DNA of 64,000 bases from Fidelibacterota bacterium (GCA_034520235.1 JAXHNS010000002.1:144045-208044); one strand, 5' to 3'. Shown: positions 30,885 to 41,672, counted from the stretch's first letter. Notes: generated from the letters alone by a model not told the origin. Program-made: numbers and translations.

Positions 30885-31203
30885 TTTATACCTCCTTTTT
30901 TTTTCGGTTTTTCTCCGAATCTTTTCTTGCTTTTTGGTTCCGGCGCCGACGGCCGGAACCCTTTTTTCAATCTTCACCCTTTCTCATGCGAAAATCGTGC
31001 CAAATCCCCAAATATGTCAAAATGGCAGTCTTGCTGGCCGGTATTTTGCCATATGGTACATGATATGCCATAATGTCATTTTTTCGCTGACTTTCTTCAG
31101 ATCGCGAAACGGCATGCATAAAAAGCTTTCCTGTTGCGAAACACGGGTATGGAATGTAAATTACATTCTGAACGTTGGAGAACACACAAGAAAGGAGCTT
31201 ATT

Positions 31204-31770
31204 GTGGCATCTACAGCAGATTTCAGGCCGGGCATGGTCATCATATACAACAATGAATTATACAAGATCGTCAGCTACCAGCACAGTAAAACGGGACGCG
31301 CAGGGGCCGTAATAAGAACAAAATTAAAGAACCTTCTGAATGGAAAAGTGCTGGAAAACACCTTCCGTTCCGGGGAAAAAGTGGAAGAAGCCCGCGTTGA
31401 AGCACATATTATGCAGTATATTTACAACGACGGCCTTAATTATTATATGATGGACCCGGAGAATTTCGAGCAGGTCCCGGTCTCTGAAGAGATCATCGGA
31501 GAGGACCGCCTGTATATCCGGGAGAACGACGATGTGAAGGTGCTGATGTACCAGGAACGCCCGATCGCGATCGAACTGCCGGCCGCCGTGGAAATGAAAG
31601 TGACGTATACCGAACCCGGCGAACGGGGCGATACGGCAAAAACCAACGTCAAGAAACCCGCCACCGTGGAAACCGGGCTGGAAGTACAGGTCCCCCTTTT
31701 CATCAATGAGGGCGACATTATCAAGGTCGATACGCGTGACGGCTCATATCTCGAACGTGTGAACAAATAA
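31204..31770 (+). CDS. efp: elongation factor P
   Basis: GTG 31204 is preceded by [56 protein letters not shown]... is the EF-P pattern (the KPG loop region reads HSKTGRAGA). The longer upstream part of ORF 30865-31770 looks non-coding. Confidence 0.9.
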   Translation: MASTADFRPGMVIIYNNELYKIVSYQHSKTGRAGAVIRTKLKNLLNGKVLENTFRSGEKVEEARVEAHIMQYIYNDGLNYYMMDPENFEQVPVSEEIIGEDRLYIRENDDVKVLMYQERPIAIELPAAVEMKVTYTEPGERGDTAKTNVKKPATVETGLEVQVPLFINEGDIIKVDTRDGSYLERVNK

Positions 31771-31792
31771 GCTATTCAAAGAAAGGAACGAT

Positions 31793-32170
31793 ATGGATAT
31801 TCCAAAAACACTGAAGTACACCGAAAGCCATGAATGGGTCAGGCTTGAGGACGGCATTGCAACGGTTGGCATCACGGACTACGCCCAGGGCGAACTGGGC
31901 GACATCGTCTTTGTCGAACTTCCGGAAGACGGCGAGAGCGTCAAAAAGGGAGAAGCGGTAGGCAGCATTGAGGCGGTGAAAACCGTTTCCGACTTGAATG
32001 CACCCGTCAGCGGTGAGATCGTGGAAGTCAACGTGATCCTTGAGGACGAACCCACACTGGTGAATACGGACTGCTATCACAGCGGCTGGATACTGAGGAT
32101 CAAGGTCAGCAATGCATCCGAACTGGACTCGTTACTTGACGCCGATGCTTATCAGGATCATGTTGCATAA
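31793..32170 (+). CDS. gcvH: glycine cleavage system H protein
   Basis: 125 aa with YTESHEWVR...[22 protein letters not shown] and the lipoyl-lysine motif [23 protein letters not shown]. Confidence 0.95.
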   Translation: MDIPKTLKYTESHEWVRLEDGIATVGITDYAQGELGDIVFVELPEDGESVKKGEAVGSIEAVKTVSDLNAPVSGEIVEVNVILEDEPTLVNTDCYHSGWILRIKVSNASELDSLLDADAYQDHVA

Positions 32171-32212
32171 ATGACCGTTGGCCTTTCGGCGTAATTTCAG
32201 ACGAGGTATACA

Positions 32213-33556
32213 ATGCCCTTTTTACCCCACGCACGTGAAGACGCGGAAAAAATGCTGAGAAAGATCGGCGTCGGAAGTTTTGAGGAACTCCTGCGCCATA
32301 TTCCGGAAGTCCTCAGGAGCGATACCCGTATAAACCTTCCCCGGCCGCTTAGCGAACTTGAGATCCAGAAAGCACTGGAAACGCTGGACGGAGAAAACAA
32401 GGCCTGCCGGAACACCGTCTCTTTTCTCGGCGGCGGTGCCTATGACCATTTTATTCCCAAAGTGGTCGATTTTATCATATCCCGCTCTGAATTCGCCACG
32501 GCTTATACGCCATATCAGGCGGAGGTCAGCCAGGGCACCCTGCAGGCAATGTATGAGTTCCAGTCCCTGATCTGCGAACTGACCGGTATGGATGTCTCCA
32601 ATGCCTCCATGTACGACGGGGCAAGCGCCATGGCGGAAGCCGTGATCATGGCAAAAAACCTCAAACGGCGGTCCGAGGTGATCGTTTCGTCCGCCGTCAA
32701 TCCCCTTTACCGGCGGACACTGGAAACCTACGCACGTTCACAGGATATCCGGATCATTGAATGTCCGCTCAAAGGGTTGGTCACCGATCCGGAAGCCCTT
32801 GCAAAACACATCGGCGGAAACACGGCCGCGGTGATCGTCCAGAGCCCGAATTTTTTCGGGTGCATAGAAGATACCGAAGCGGCGGCAACGGCAGCGCATC
32901 AACAAGATGCCCTGTTCATCCAGGGGGCCGATCCGGTCTCTCTGTCGCTGCTGAAAACTCCCGGAGAAGCGGATGCGGACATTGCCTTCGGGGAAGGACA
33001 GTCCCTCGGGAACCCCCTGAATTTCGGCGGATCCTATCTGGGGCTCTTTGCCACGAAAAAAGCCTATATCCGGAAAATGCCGGGACGTATCGCCGGGATG
33101 ACCGAGGACACTGAAGGCCGGCGCGCCTTTGTACTGACACTCCAGACCCGCGAACAGCATATCCGCCGTGAAAAAGCCACCAGCAACATCTGTTCCAACG
33201 AAGCGCTGTGCGCACTTGCAGCTACCGTCTATCTTGCGCTTATGGGAACGACCGGGCTGCGGAAAACGGCGGAACTCTGTATACAAAAATCCCATTACCT
33301 GCACGGCAGGGTCAGCGGACTTCCGGGGTTTTCAGCAGCATCGGAAGATCCGTTTTTCAAGGAGTTCGTGATCAGAACGCCGCTGCCCGCAAAACACATC
33401 GTGAAAAAGGCAAAAGACTGCGGTTTTGATGCGGGCGTTGACCTGGGGCGCTTTTATCCCGGACGGGAGCATGAACTGCTGATCGCCGTAACGGAAAAAC
33501 GCAGCAAAGCGGATATGGACGCGTTCGTTGAATGCCTTTCCGGGATCCCGCAATAA
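32213..33556 (+). CDS. gcvPA: glycine dehydrogenase (decarboxylating) subunit 1
   Basis: 447 aa with SFLGGGAYDHFIP, YTPYQAEVSQGTLQAMYEFQ, NASMYDGASA, REQHIRREKATSNICSNEAL. Confidence 0.9.
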   Translation: MPFLPHAREDAEKMLRKIGVGSFEELLRHIPEVLRSDTRINLPRPLSELEIQKALETLDGENKACRNTVSFLGGGAYDHFIPKVVDFIISRSEFATAYTPYQAEVSQGTLQAMYEFQSLICELTGMDVSNASMYDGASAMAEAVIMAKNLKRRSEVIVSSAVNPLYRRTLETYARSQDIRIIECPLKGLVTDPEALAKHIGGNTAAVIVQSPNFFGCIEDTEAAATAAHQQDALFIQGADPVSLSLLKTPGEADADIAFGEGQSLGNPLNFGGSYLGLFATKKAYIRKMPGRIAGMTEDTEGRRAFVLTLQTREQHIRREKATSNICSNEALCALAATVYLALMGTTGLRKTAELCIQKSHYLHGRVSGLPGFSAASEDPFFKEFVIRTPLPAKHIVKKAKDCGFDAGVDLGRFYPGREHELLIAVTEKRSKADMDAFVECLSGIPQ

Positions 33557-33684
33557 AATTCGTTCATCATTCTTCATGAAGTGCCCGCCACGGAAATAAA
33601 AAGGCTTTTTATCGCCCCGTATTTATGTTAATTTCATCATGGTGTACATCATACCGCAAGCATTTGCCGGCAAAGGATCGATCT

Positions 33685-34248
33685 ATGAATAATGTGTTTG
33701 AAGCGTCCCTTCCCCTCCTGCAAGCGCTCAGTGAGGATGAGGTCTTTCTCCGGAAAATACGGCGGGCGTCGGAGATGATGCTCCGGGCCCTGAACACAAA
33801 GGGCAAGATACTCTGGTGCGGAAACGGCGGTTCTGCGGCGGACTGCCAGCATCTTTCCGCCGAGCTTGTCGCGCGTCTCAGTTATCCGCGCCGGGCCCTT
33901 GCTTCCCTGGCCCTGACCACGGACACCTCCTACCTTACGGCATGGATCAACGATACCGGCCGAAGCGACCGGCTGTTCAGCCGGCAGATCGAAGCACTGG
34001 GAAATGCCGGCGATATCCTCGTTGCCGTCAGCAGCAGCGGAAATTCCGGAAATATCATCGAAGCGCTTCACAGTGCAAAAGCAAAAGGGATCTCAAGTAT
34101 CCTGTTCGGAGGAAAAGGCGGAGGGAAAGCTTCCGGGAAAGCGGACCTTGAGCTGATCGTTCCCTCGGACAACACCCAGCGCATTCAGGAGATCCACATC
34201 ATGATCGGCCATATGATATGCGAAAATATTGAGAAAGCCTTTCTTTAA
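33685..34248 (+). CDS. gmhA: D-sedoheptulose-7-phosphate isomerase (SIS domain)
   Basis: Start taken at the internal ATG 33685. Matches are ILWCGNGGSAADCQHLSAELV, DILVAVSSSGNSGNII, the QRIQEIHIMIGH tail. Confidence 0.8.
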   Translation: MNNVFEASLPLLQALSEDEVFLRKIRRASEMMLRALNTKGKILWCGNGGSAADCQHLSAELVARLSYPRRALASLALTTDTSYLTAWINDTGRSDRLFSRQIEALGNAGDILVAVSSSGNSGNIIEALHSAKAKGISSILFGGKGGGKASGKADLELIVPSDNTQRIQEIHIMIGHMICENIEKAFL

Positions 34249-34252
34249 TATC

Positions 34253-35155
34253 ATGCAGCGGATCTTTCAGGATTATCTTTATCACCTCCGGGGAGAACGT
34301 CAGCTTTCCCCTAACACGGTCAGCGCCTATAAAACGGATATAAAACGCTATCTCAACTATCTTGAGACGCTGGATATCACGCATCCCGATACCGTTGAAC
34401 CGGAAACGGTCATCCGGTATCTCGGGGAATTGCGTACGCTTCCCCTGTCCCCGGGCAGCCTGGCGCGGAACTTATCTGCCATTCGCATGTTCCATGCTTT
34501 TATGGTGAATGAAGGGTATTGTAAAAAAGACATCACGGAAAATATCGACACCCCGAAACTGCCCACAAGGCTGCCGAAGATACTTGACATTCAGGACATC
34601 GAGGATATTTTCCGTTGCATCGACACCGGCACCGACCGCGGGGTACGGGACAGGGCGATGCTGGAGCTCCTTTACGGCAGCGGGCTCCGGATATCGGAAC
34701 TTCTTGACCTTCGCCTGCCATCCCTGCTCCTGGACGAGGGATGGGTCCGGGTGATGGGAAAGGGGCTCAAAGAACGCATCGTGCCTTTCGGTGAGGAAGC
34801 CCGCGACCGACTGAACAAATATCTGCACAACGTCCGTCCGGAACTTGCCCGTAACACGCTCGCCGAAAACATCGTCTTTCTCAACATGCGGGGCACTCCC
34901 CTCAGCAGAATGGGAGTCTGGAAGATCATCCGCGCCTATGCGGACCGCTCCGGCATCCGCAAGACCGTAAGTCCCCATGTGTTCCGGCATTCCTTCGCCA
35001 CCCATCTGCTGGAAGGCGGGGCGGACCTGCGCGCCATTCAGGAGATGCTGGGGCATTCGGACATCGCGACCACGCAGATATATACGCATCTGGACCGCAA
35101 TTATTTAAAGGAAGTCCATAAAACCTTTCACCCGAGGGAAAAATTCAACATATGA
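34253..35155 (+). CDS. tyrosine site-specific recombinase, XerC/XerD family
   Basis: Matches are LSPNTVSAYKTDIKRYLNYL, ELLYGSGLRISEL, HVFRHSFATHLLEGGADLRAIQEMLGHSDIATTQIYTHL (the R..H.R..Y catalytic set). It sits in a housekeeping context. Confidence 0.85.
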   Translation: MQRIFQDYLYHLRGERQLSPNTVSAYKTDIKRYLNYLETLDITHPDTVEPETVIRYLGELRTLPLSPGSLARNLSAIRMFHAFMVNEGYCKKDITENIDTPKLPTRLPKILDIQDIEDIFRCIDTGTDRGVRDRAMLELLYGSGLRISELLDLRLPSLLLDEGWVRVMGKGLKERIVPFGEEARDRLNKYLHNVRPELARNTLAENIVFLNMRGTPLSRMGVWKIIRAYADRSGIRKTVSPHVFRHSFATHLLEGGADLRAIQEMLGHSDIATTQIYTHLDRNYLKEVHKTFHPREKFNI

Positions 35156-35799
35156 ACTCACAGATCTTTCAATACATGGCCATGGTCGTCCCCATTTTGC
35201 TGAGCCTGACCGTGCATGAGTATTCGCACGGATATGTCGCCTGGCGCTTGGGCGATCCGACAGCAAAAAACATGGGCCGGCTCACCCTGAATCCCGTCTC
35301 CCATATTGATCCCATCGGCATGCTGATGCTCTTTATCGTCGGTATGGGCTGGGCAAAGCCGGTGCCGATCAATATAAACGCATTCAATAATCCCAAAAGG
35401 GACATGGCGGTCTCTTCGGCGGCCGGACCGCTTTCAAATTTTATCATGGCAGCCTTTATCGGCCTGATATACCGGCTCGCGCCCCAGCTGCAGCCCCTGC
35501 AGGCCGATGCCGGCGTCACCCTTTTCCTGAAACTGAACCTTTTTTATTTTCTGTTCATCAATGTGGGGCTGGGAGTCTTTAACCTGATCCCCATCCCTCC
35601 CCTGGACGGAAGCAAGATCCTGCGCGGCTTCCTTCCGGACAGCAAGGTGTATATCATCGATTATCTTGAACGTTACGGCGTTTTCCTCATTTTGGGGATC
35701 TTTCTCATCGGACGCCTGGCGGGATTCTCGATCTTCAGCCGCTTCCTCGGTCCCCTCATTTCCGGACTTATCCGGTTTTTCAGCGGGATAAACGTATAA
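35152..35799 (+). CDS. site-2 protease family (peptidase M50) membrane protein
   Basis: 215 aa with HEYSHGYVAWRLGDPTAK (HExxH), LNPVSHIDPIG, NLIPIPPLDGSKIL. Confidence 0.8.
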   Translation: MNSQIFQYMAMVVPILLSLTVHEYSHGYVAWRLGDPTAKNMGRLTLNPVSHIDPIGMLMLFIVGMGWAKPVPININAFNNPKRDMAVSSAAGPLSNFIMAAFIGLIYRLAPQLQPLQADAGVTLFLKLNLFYFLFINVGLGVFNLIPIPPLDGSKILRGFLPDSKVYIIDYLERYGVFLILGIFLIGRLAGFSIFSRFLGPLISGLIRFFSGINV

Positions 35800-35801
35800 G
35801 A

Positions 35802-36683
35802 CTACTCCTCATTGAGCGTCGTCTGTTCCCGGAACCCCTCTCCCTGCAGAATGGACACGTTACTGACAGTGACAAAGGCCTTGGCATCCTCCTGCTTAAC
35901 GATACGCCTTACATGTTCGATCTGGCGGTTGGAAACCACACAATAGAGGGTCTTTTTCTCTTTATCGGTATACAGCCCCACGGATCCCATGCTGGTCACG
36001 CCGCGTTTTACCTCTTCCATAATCCTCCGGGCGATCATTTCCCATTTGCCGCTGATGATCGTGATCGCTTTTTCGCTGGTAATACCCTCGATCAGCATAT
36101 CCACCACTTTTGACGAGATCACCAGGGAGATCATGCAGAACAGGATAAGGTCGATATTCCGGAACACGACCCCCATAATGATAATGATCCCCGTGTCCAC
36201 AAGTATAAAGGAATGTCCAAGCGAGAAGTGAAAATATTTATTAATGATTCGCGCCAGGATATCGCTGCCGCCGGTCGTTCCGCGGCCTTTCATGATCACC
36301 CCCAGGCCGACACCCAGGAGAACACCTCCGTATACCGTAGCCAGGATGGGATCCTCGGTGGCGGGCGGAAGTTCAAAGATCACGTCGATAAGGTCCGTAA
36401 ATACGGAGATCCAGATAATCCCCCAGAGGGTTTTTATGCCGAATTTCCGGCCGAATACTTTAACCCCCAGGATGAACAGGGGAATGTTCATCGCCAGCAT
36501 GGTCACCCCTGCCGGCCATTGAAAGACGTGATACAGGATCGTGGCGATCCCCGAAACCCCTCCTGCCGACACCTTGTTCGGGATCAGAAAGAACATCAGC
36601 CCGCTCGCCATGATCAACGCGCCGATCACGATCTTAATATAATCCAGCGTGTTCCTGTATTTGATCCTTTCGGTTTCCGTCAT
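35802..36683 (-). CDS. YitT-family membrane protein (DUF2179 C-terminal domain)
   Basis: 293 aa, multi-pass, with GGVSGIATIL and GGSDILARII motifs and a soluble C-terminal domain. Confidence 0.7.
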   Translation of the reverse strand: MTETERIKYRNTLDYIKIVIGALIMASGLMFFLIPNKVSAGGVSGIATILYHVFQWPAGVTMLAMNIPLFILGVKVFGRKFGIKTLWGIIWISVFTDLIDVIFELPPATEDPILATVYGGVLLGVGLGVIMKGRGTTGGSDILARIINKYFHFSLGHSFILVDTGIIIIMGVVFRNIDLILFCMISLVISSKVVDMLIEGITSEKAITIISGKWEMIARRIMEEVKRGVTSMGSVGLYTDKEKKTLYCVVSNRQIEHVRRIVKQEDAKAFVTVSNVSILQGEGFREQTTLNEE

Positions 36684-36737
36684 AATGCACCTCCCTGCAA
36701 TTCGCCGGAATATATGATTTTTAAGAGGAAGTGGTTA

Positions 36738-37823
36738 TCATTTTTTTACAAATATCATCATGAAAGTCCCGAGAAGCACAAAGAGGATATTCGGAGACCA
36801 TACCGCCAGAAAAGGATGCATGATCCCGGCGATACCCAGGACCTTCCCGAACGTCAGAAGCACGTAAAAGGTGAAGAGCAGAAGAAGGCTGCCGGCCACC
36901 CCGCCGCCGTATCCCCGCGAACGCCGCTGAAAGGTAACCAGGGGAATGCCGACGAGGATGACCAGAAAACAGGAAAAATTCATCGCGGTCCGGAAATAGA
37001 GATTCGTCTCCCAGCGGATCGTCTTCATGCCGAGCTGCCGCGAGCGTTCAATAAAGCCCCTGAGCTGCCGGAAGGTCATGTCCTCCGGACGCACGCTTTT
37101 CTGACGAAGCTCGCGCGGACTCACATCCAGTGAAAGGGTCACGGTATCCTTCCGGATAAAGGTCTCTCCCTCTTCACTGAAAATACGTTCCTGCACATTT
37201 AAAAGCATCCATTTTTCTTCTTCCTCCAGCCACCGTACATGATCGGCATCCAGGCGTTCGGTGATCTTTCCTCCGTAAAACGGGTGCAGGCCGGCGATCC
37301 GGCCCCGCCCGTTGGTAATATTATACCTCCTGATCGTAAATATATATTCATCCGGCAACTGGAAATAAACCTGCCGGTGTATCCGTTGCTCACGGCTTTT
37401 CCGGGTCAGCTGCATGTTGTTATCCATAAATTCCGTAAGCTCTTGCTGAGCGGGAACGACCACCCGGTCCTCGAAAAAAAATGAAAAAAGGCTCAGGACA
37501 ACACCGAAAAGAAGGAAGGGCAACGCCAGGCGGTAGAGACTCAGTCCGGCCACCTTGAATGCAGTGAGCTCATTGAATTTGTTCGTCTGTCCGAAGAAAA
37601 AGACCACGGCAAGCAGGGCCGAAACGGGAAAACACCAGTGCAGCATCCAGGGGATCATCAGCCAGTAATAATGCACGACCTCAATGAAACGCAGATCGTT
37701 GTCAAGAAACTGCGCGATCTTCTGAACAAGGTCCACAAGGAGGAAAATACAGATAAACGTCAGCATGATGAACAGAAAGGTCCGAAAATACTGCTTCAGC
37801 ATGTACCGGTCCAGCTGTTTCAT
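36738..37823 (-). CDS. LptF/LptG-family lipopolysaccharide export permease
   Basis: 361 aa. MKQLDRYMLKQYFRTFLFIMLTFICIFLLVDLV is the YjgP/YjgQ N-terminal signature. It has a periplasmic middle domain and C-terminal TM helices. Confidence 0.75.
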   Translation of the reverse strand: MKQLDRYMLKQYFRTFLFIMLTFICIFLLVDLVQKIAQFLDNDLRFIEVVHYYWLMIPWMLHWCFPVSALLAVVFFFGQTNKFNELTAFKVAGLSLYRLALPFLLFGVVLSLFSFFFEDRVVVPAQQELTEFMDNNMQLTRKSREQRIHRQVYFQLPDEYIFTIRRYNITNGRGRIAGLHPFYGGKITERLDADHVRWLEEEEKWMLLNVQERIFSEEGETFIRKDTVTLSLDVSPRELRQKSVRPEDMTFRQLRGFIERSRQLGMKTIRWETNLYFRTAMNFSCFLVILVGIPLVTFQRRSRGYGGGVAGSLLLLFTFYVLLTFGKVLGIAGIMHPFLAVWSPNILFVLLGTFMMIFVKK

Positions 37824-37824
37824 G

Positions 37825-39053
37825 CTATTTCCCCGATGATCTGTGCCGGAGCTTTATGTAGTCAACACTTTTCGCGCTGGCTTTTAAAATGGTGAATTCA
37901 TACTGCCGGATCGTGACGACTTCCCCCTCCTTCGGGAAACGGTCCAGATAATCAAGAATATATCCTGCGAGCGTTTCGTACTCCCCCTCCGGAAGGTTCA
38001 GACGGTATTCATCGTTCAGATAGTCAATTTCCGTCCGTCCGCTCATAAGAAGGTCCCCGTTCGGATGCCGGCGGACATAGGTGCTGTTGATATCATATTC
38101 ATCGTCGAATTCCCCGAAAATCTCTTCCACGATATCTTCCATGGTGACAAGGCCGGAGGTCCCGCCGAATTCATCAACGATCACGGCAATGCTGGTCCGG
38201 GTATGCTGGAATTCCTTCAACAGTTCGATCACACTCTTGCTTTCCGGGTAAAACCTAATGGGGCGGACGATATCGCGGATATTACGTACGGGGCCCAGAA
38301 TATCGCGGAGGGAAATATATCCGACGATAAAGTCGATATTATCACGGTAGATAATGATCTTGGAGAAACCCGAGCGGATAAAGGCCTCTTTCAGATCTTT
38401 CAGGCTGGAATTCTGGGGAAGGGCGATAATATCGGTCCGGGGGTGATGATCTCCCCGGCGGTCGTGTCGGAAAAATCAAATACATTGTCTATGTACTTTT
38501 TCTTATCTTTGTTCAGAACCCCCATTTCATAACTGTCGTAAATACTTTTCTCGATCTCCTTCCGCCGTATCATGATATTTAACGGCTGCTGGTCGCTTTT
38601 GAAGAATTTCAGAAGTCCGGCGATCATTTTTTCAAAGAACCGCGCGACGGGATGCAGTATGAAACCGAAGATCCGGATCACTGCGGAAGAGAACAACAGG
38701 TATGCGTTCGGTTGATAGCGGATCAGCGATTTTGGTATCACCTCCCCGAACACCAGGATGACCGCCGATATCACCAGAATGGTCTGCCACCAGTTAAAAA
38801 GCCCGGATGAAGTGAAAACGATGCTGGCAAACGTCGTGGTTAACACATTTGCCAGATTATTGCCGACCAGAATGACCGTGAGATAGTGCTGACGTTCCTC
38901 GTACATTCTGAGCGCCGCTGAGGAAAAAGCTTTTTTCTGGCTTTTCCACTTCTGCAGCTGCAGCGGATGGGCGGTGGTCACGGCGATCTCCGATCCGCTG
39001 AAATATGCGGACAGTACGACCCCTATACTTGCAAGAATGATTTCAGTGCTCAT
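37825..39053 (-). CDS. CNNM/hemolysin-family protein (DUF21 + CBS pair + CorC_HlyC), one frame break near 38440
   Basis: DUF21 membrane part is at 38400-39053. The CBS and CorC part is at 37825-38420 (IAVIVDEFGGTSGLVTMEDIVEEIFGEFDDEYD...GEVVTIRQYEFTILK). Confidence 0.8.
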
Positions 39054-39160
39054 GAAAGTATATTATTGAAAATAACGGCAAAAAACAAGCAATGAGATGA
39101 CAAGGTGCCCACTTTTTAGGGCATGCCGTTCCTTAAAAATTCCTTGCAATAATATTCAAA

Positions 39161-40090
39161 GTGTCATATAATTTATCGATGGGAAAAAACCAACAACACA
39201 TGCTGATCTATCTGCCGGGCAAAAATTCGAGAGAAATCTCGTTTTCGCGTCTATCCCTTATTTTTATGGTTTGCTTTGCCGGCCTCTTTTTTCTGACCGT
39301 GATCGCGGGAAGCGCCTATATCGGTTATAAATTTTTATCCCCGCATTTCTACACGACCGATACCATTAAGAACAAAACACTGCTGAAAACGGCGGAAGAG
39401 CTGAAAACGGAACTTCAGAACGCAGAAGCATATCTGGATTCCATGGTGCGGCTCAATAATAACATCCGGCTTTATGCGGACCTGCCCGAACATGATCTGA
39501 ATGTCAACAAACTTGGCATCGGCGGGAGGGTGCAGCTGGCAGCCCCCTCCGATTCGGGAAACGCCATCGAAGCACTCGATGCCGACATTCAGCTGCTCAG
39601 TGCGAAAGTATCCGTAGAACTTGAGAATTATAAGGACCTTTATGCCAATATTCAGAAATACAAGAAACGGCTCGAATATATGCCGGCGATTACTCCGCTT
39701 GACGCTGACAGTTACTATATAAGCTCGAATTACGGCTACCGCACCGATCCTTTTACCAATCAAAGGAAATATCATGCCGGTGTCGACCTTGCCGCCAGCC
39801 GGGGAACTCCCGTTCACAATACCGGCAAGGGGCGGGTGACCTATGCGGCGTACTCACGCGGCGGCTACGGGAACGTGGTAAAGATCGACCACGGTTACGG
39901 ATTTGTCTCGATCTATGCCCATTTGAACAAGATCAACGTCCGTAAAGGCCAGACGCTCAAACGCGGCGCCGTCATCGGCGAAGTGGGAAGCACCGGCCGT
40001 TCCACGGGCGCCCATCTGCATTATGAGATACAAAAGGAAGGGAAACCGGTCAATCCCTTTAAATACATGTGGGATGACGGCTCTCTCTGA
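39161..40090 (+). CDS. M23-family metallopeptidase with N-terminal membrane anchor
   Basis: Matches are HAGVDLAASRGTPVHNTGKGRV, GNVVKIDHGYGFVSIYAHL, GSTGRSTGAHLHYEI. An alternative start is ATG 39179. Confidence 0.85.
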   Translation: MSYNLSMGKNQQHMLIYLPGKNSREISFSRLSLIFMVCFAGLFFLTVIAGSAYIGYKFLSPHFYTTDTIKNKTLLKTAEELKTELQNAEAYLDSMVRLNNNIRLYADLPEHDLNVNKLGIGGRVQLAAPSDSGNAIEALDADIQLLSAKVSVELENYKDLYANIQKYKKRLEYMPAITPLDADSYYISSNYGYRTDPFTNQRKYHAGVDLAASRGTPVHNTGKGRVTYAAYSRGGYGNVVKIDHGYGFVSIYAHLNKINVRKGQTLKRGAVIGEVGSTGRSTGAHLHYEIQKEGKPVNPFKYMWDDGSL

Positions 40091-40116
40091 ACAGACGCTC
40101 TGAACTCCGTCAAAAC

Positions 40117-40140
40117 GCACCGGTGAAGGTGCTTTTTTTT
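40117..40140 (+). terminator. intrinsic terminator after the M23 peptidase gene
   Basis: GCACC-ggtgaa-GGTGC followed by T8, in a convergent intergenic region. Confidence 0.6.
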
Positions 40141-40211
40141 ATCACGGCAATTTTCCGGTCCGGCGAGGAGCTTCAGGCATAAAAAGAACATTTGTAATAT
40201 CCGTTCGCCGC

Positions 40212-41671
40212 TTACTCTGTGCTTTCTCCCAGGCAGTAAAAAAATCCGTCCTTCGATCCGACATAGATGCGTTTGTCAAAGACAAAAGGCGTAGACTCCA
40301 CTCCCCGATATAGCGGCGCTGCAGGCGTTTGATTGTTCGATCCGGAGCATACTCAAAAAGCAACACTCCACTGTCAGGAAGCGACGATGATACGTTTGCC
40401 GGCGAAGAGCGGCGTGGAGATGCTCTTGCCGACCCATCTGCGTGCTATCAGTTCCGGTTGATGATACCGATGTTCCCGGTTCGGCCCCCAAACTCTGGCG
40501 GTATCCTGCTTATCATGCTCCACCAGGTAAAAATATCCGTCAATGCCGATGAAACCTGCCAGATACGGCATCTCCGGGGTTTTCGTAAGATCATTGACCG
40601 CCGGAGAACCGATCACACCGCCTTCCCAGATGGCCTGTCTTCCGCTGTCATTGCCCGTGGGAAAATACCAGACCACGCAGGAACTGTCCGGCGGACTGGA
40701 AGGATCGAGCTTGAACACTCCGCCGCGGCCCCTGATATATCTTTTTCCACACTTACCAGGATGCAGCTGTCGGCGGTCACGACCGGACTGCCGTCCATGT
40801 CGGCGCCGACAAAGAAATCCCAGTCAATCTTGCGGGTCTCCAGGTTATACCCGTAAACATGTCCGGATCCTGAAGTAATATAAAGATGGTCCCCAAGCCG
40901 CGCCGGGGAGGATTCGGTGACAAGGTTCTGTCCGTGCGGGACCTTGTCCGCCTCGTCATAAAGCCTGTGTTTTTCGAGGGTCTGCGGCTGCCGGTACTCG
41001 TGATAACGTTCCGCTTTCTCAGGATGGGGATCCAGAACAACAAAATAAGCATTTTCCAGCCCTGCATACAGCAGACCGTCCACAATAAGCGGTGTGCCGT
41101 CAACATCGGTGGAATAGCTCGCGCCCCGGCGGACATTATAGCGCCAGATCTCTTCACCGCTGCCGAATGACACCGCACGAAGGGGATACAGTTCCGATGA
41201 CCAGGTGCTGTGTCCGACGCCCCGCCTGCTGCCCTGGATGATCATCAATTTTTCTGCGGAGTCGCCGGCAGCGCGGTACTTCCAGAGCGTACCGGTTCCC
41301 TTAATGGCATCTGAAAATGCGTATTCCCAAAGGATCTTTCCCGTCAGGGCGTCCATTTTCCTCAGGTGATGGTCCAGTGCACCGTGGATGATGAAAAGGG
41401 AATCGTTTTCCGCAACCAACAGCGGCTGGCCGGTCCATCCGCTTCCCCGCCACACCCTTTCTTCCCGGCCGATACGGGTGATCCCTTCTCCAAGATACGT
41501 CTTCCAGAGAATGTCCAGGCGGGAAGGGGCTTTATTCCCGTAGTAATTCCGTTTTTCATTGCCCAGATAGGTGGAGTTGATAAGGGTATACGGACTTTCC
41601 GCCATCCCCCGGGAAAGAAGTGCGAACAATATGACCGCAGGCAAAATAATGGGTTTCCGGAATAATTTCAT
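40212..41671 (-). CDS. PQQ-like beta-propeller repeat protein (BamB-like fold), at least two frame breaks in the 3' third
   Basis: Signal MKLFRKPIILPAVILFALLS. It has repeated ...DALTGKILWEY... and GLLYAGLENAYFVVLD blades. C-terminal pieces are in other frames (40374-40718), ending ...IYVGSKDGFFYCLGESTE* at 40212. Confidence 0.7.
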
Positions 41672-41672
41672 G

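Noticed and set aside
30865-31203. The 113-codon N-terminal extension of the efp ORF (30865-31770 in the ORF track).
   Set aside because: The extension is hydrophobic nonsense that overlaps the Hsp20 promoter/leader and the hairpin. A GTG with a good AAAGGAG site at 31204 gives a normal-length EF-P.
34253-35155. The tyrosine recombinase, considered as the missing integrase of the tRNA-Phe array.
   Set aside because: It is 10 kb inside the G+C-rich core, flanked by housekeeping genes. It has the full XerC/XerD-type sequence pattern (ELLYGSGLRISE, LGHSDIATTQIYTH). It is most simply the chromosome dimer resolvase.
36213-37133. Long plus-strand ORFs of 300-350 aa antisense to annotated genes (36213-37133, 45070-46119, 48448-49407, 61461-62405, 29334-30140 and others).
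   Set aside because: Each lies opposite a gene with a clear family match (YitT/LptF, ychF, tig, DUF4159/DUF4175, pruA). Their translations are R/H/P/G-rich with no recognisable motifs. Such shadow ORFs are expected in G+C-rich coding DNA.
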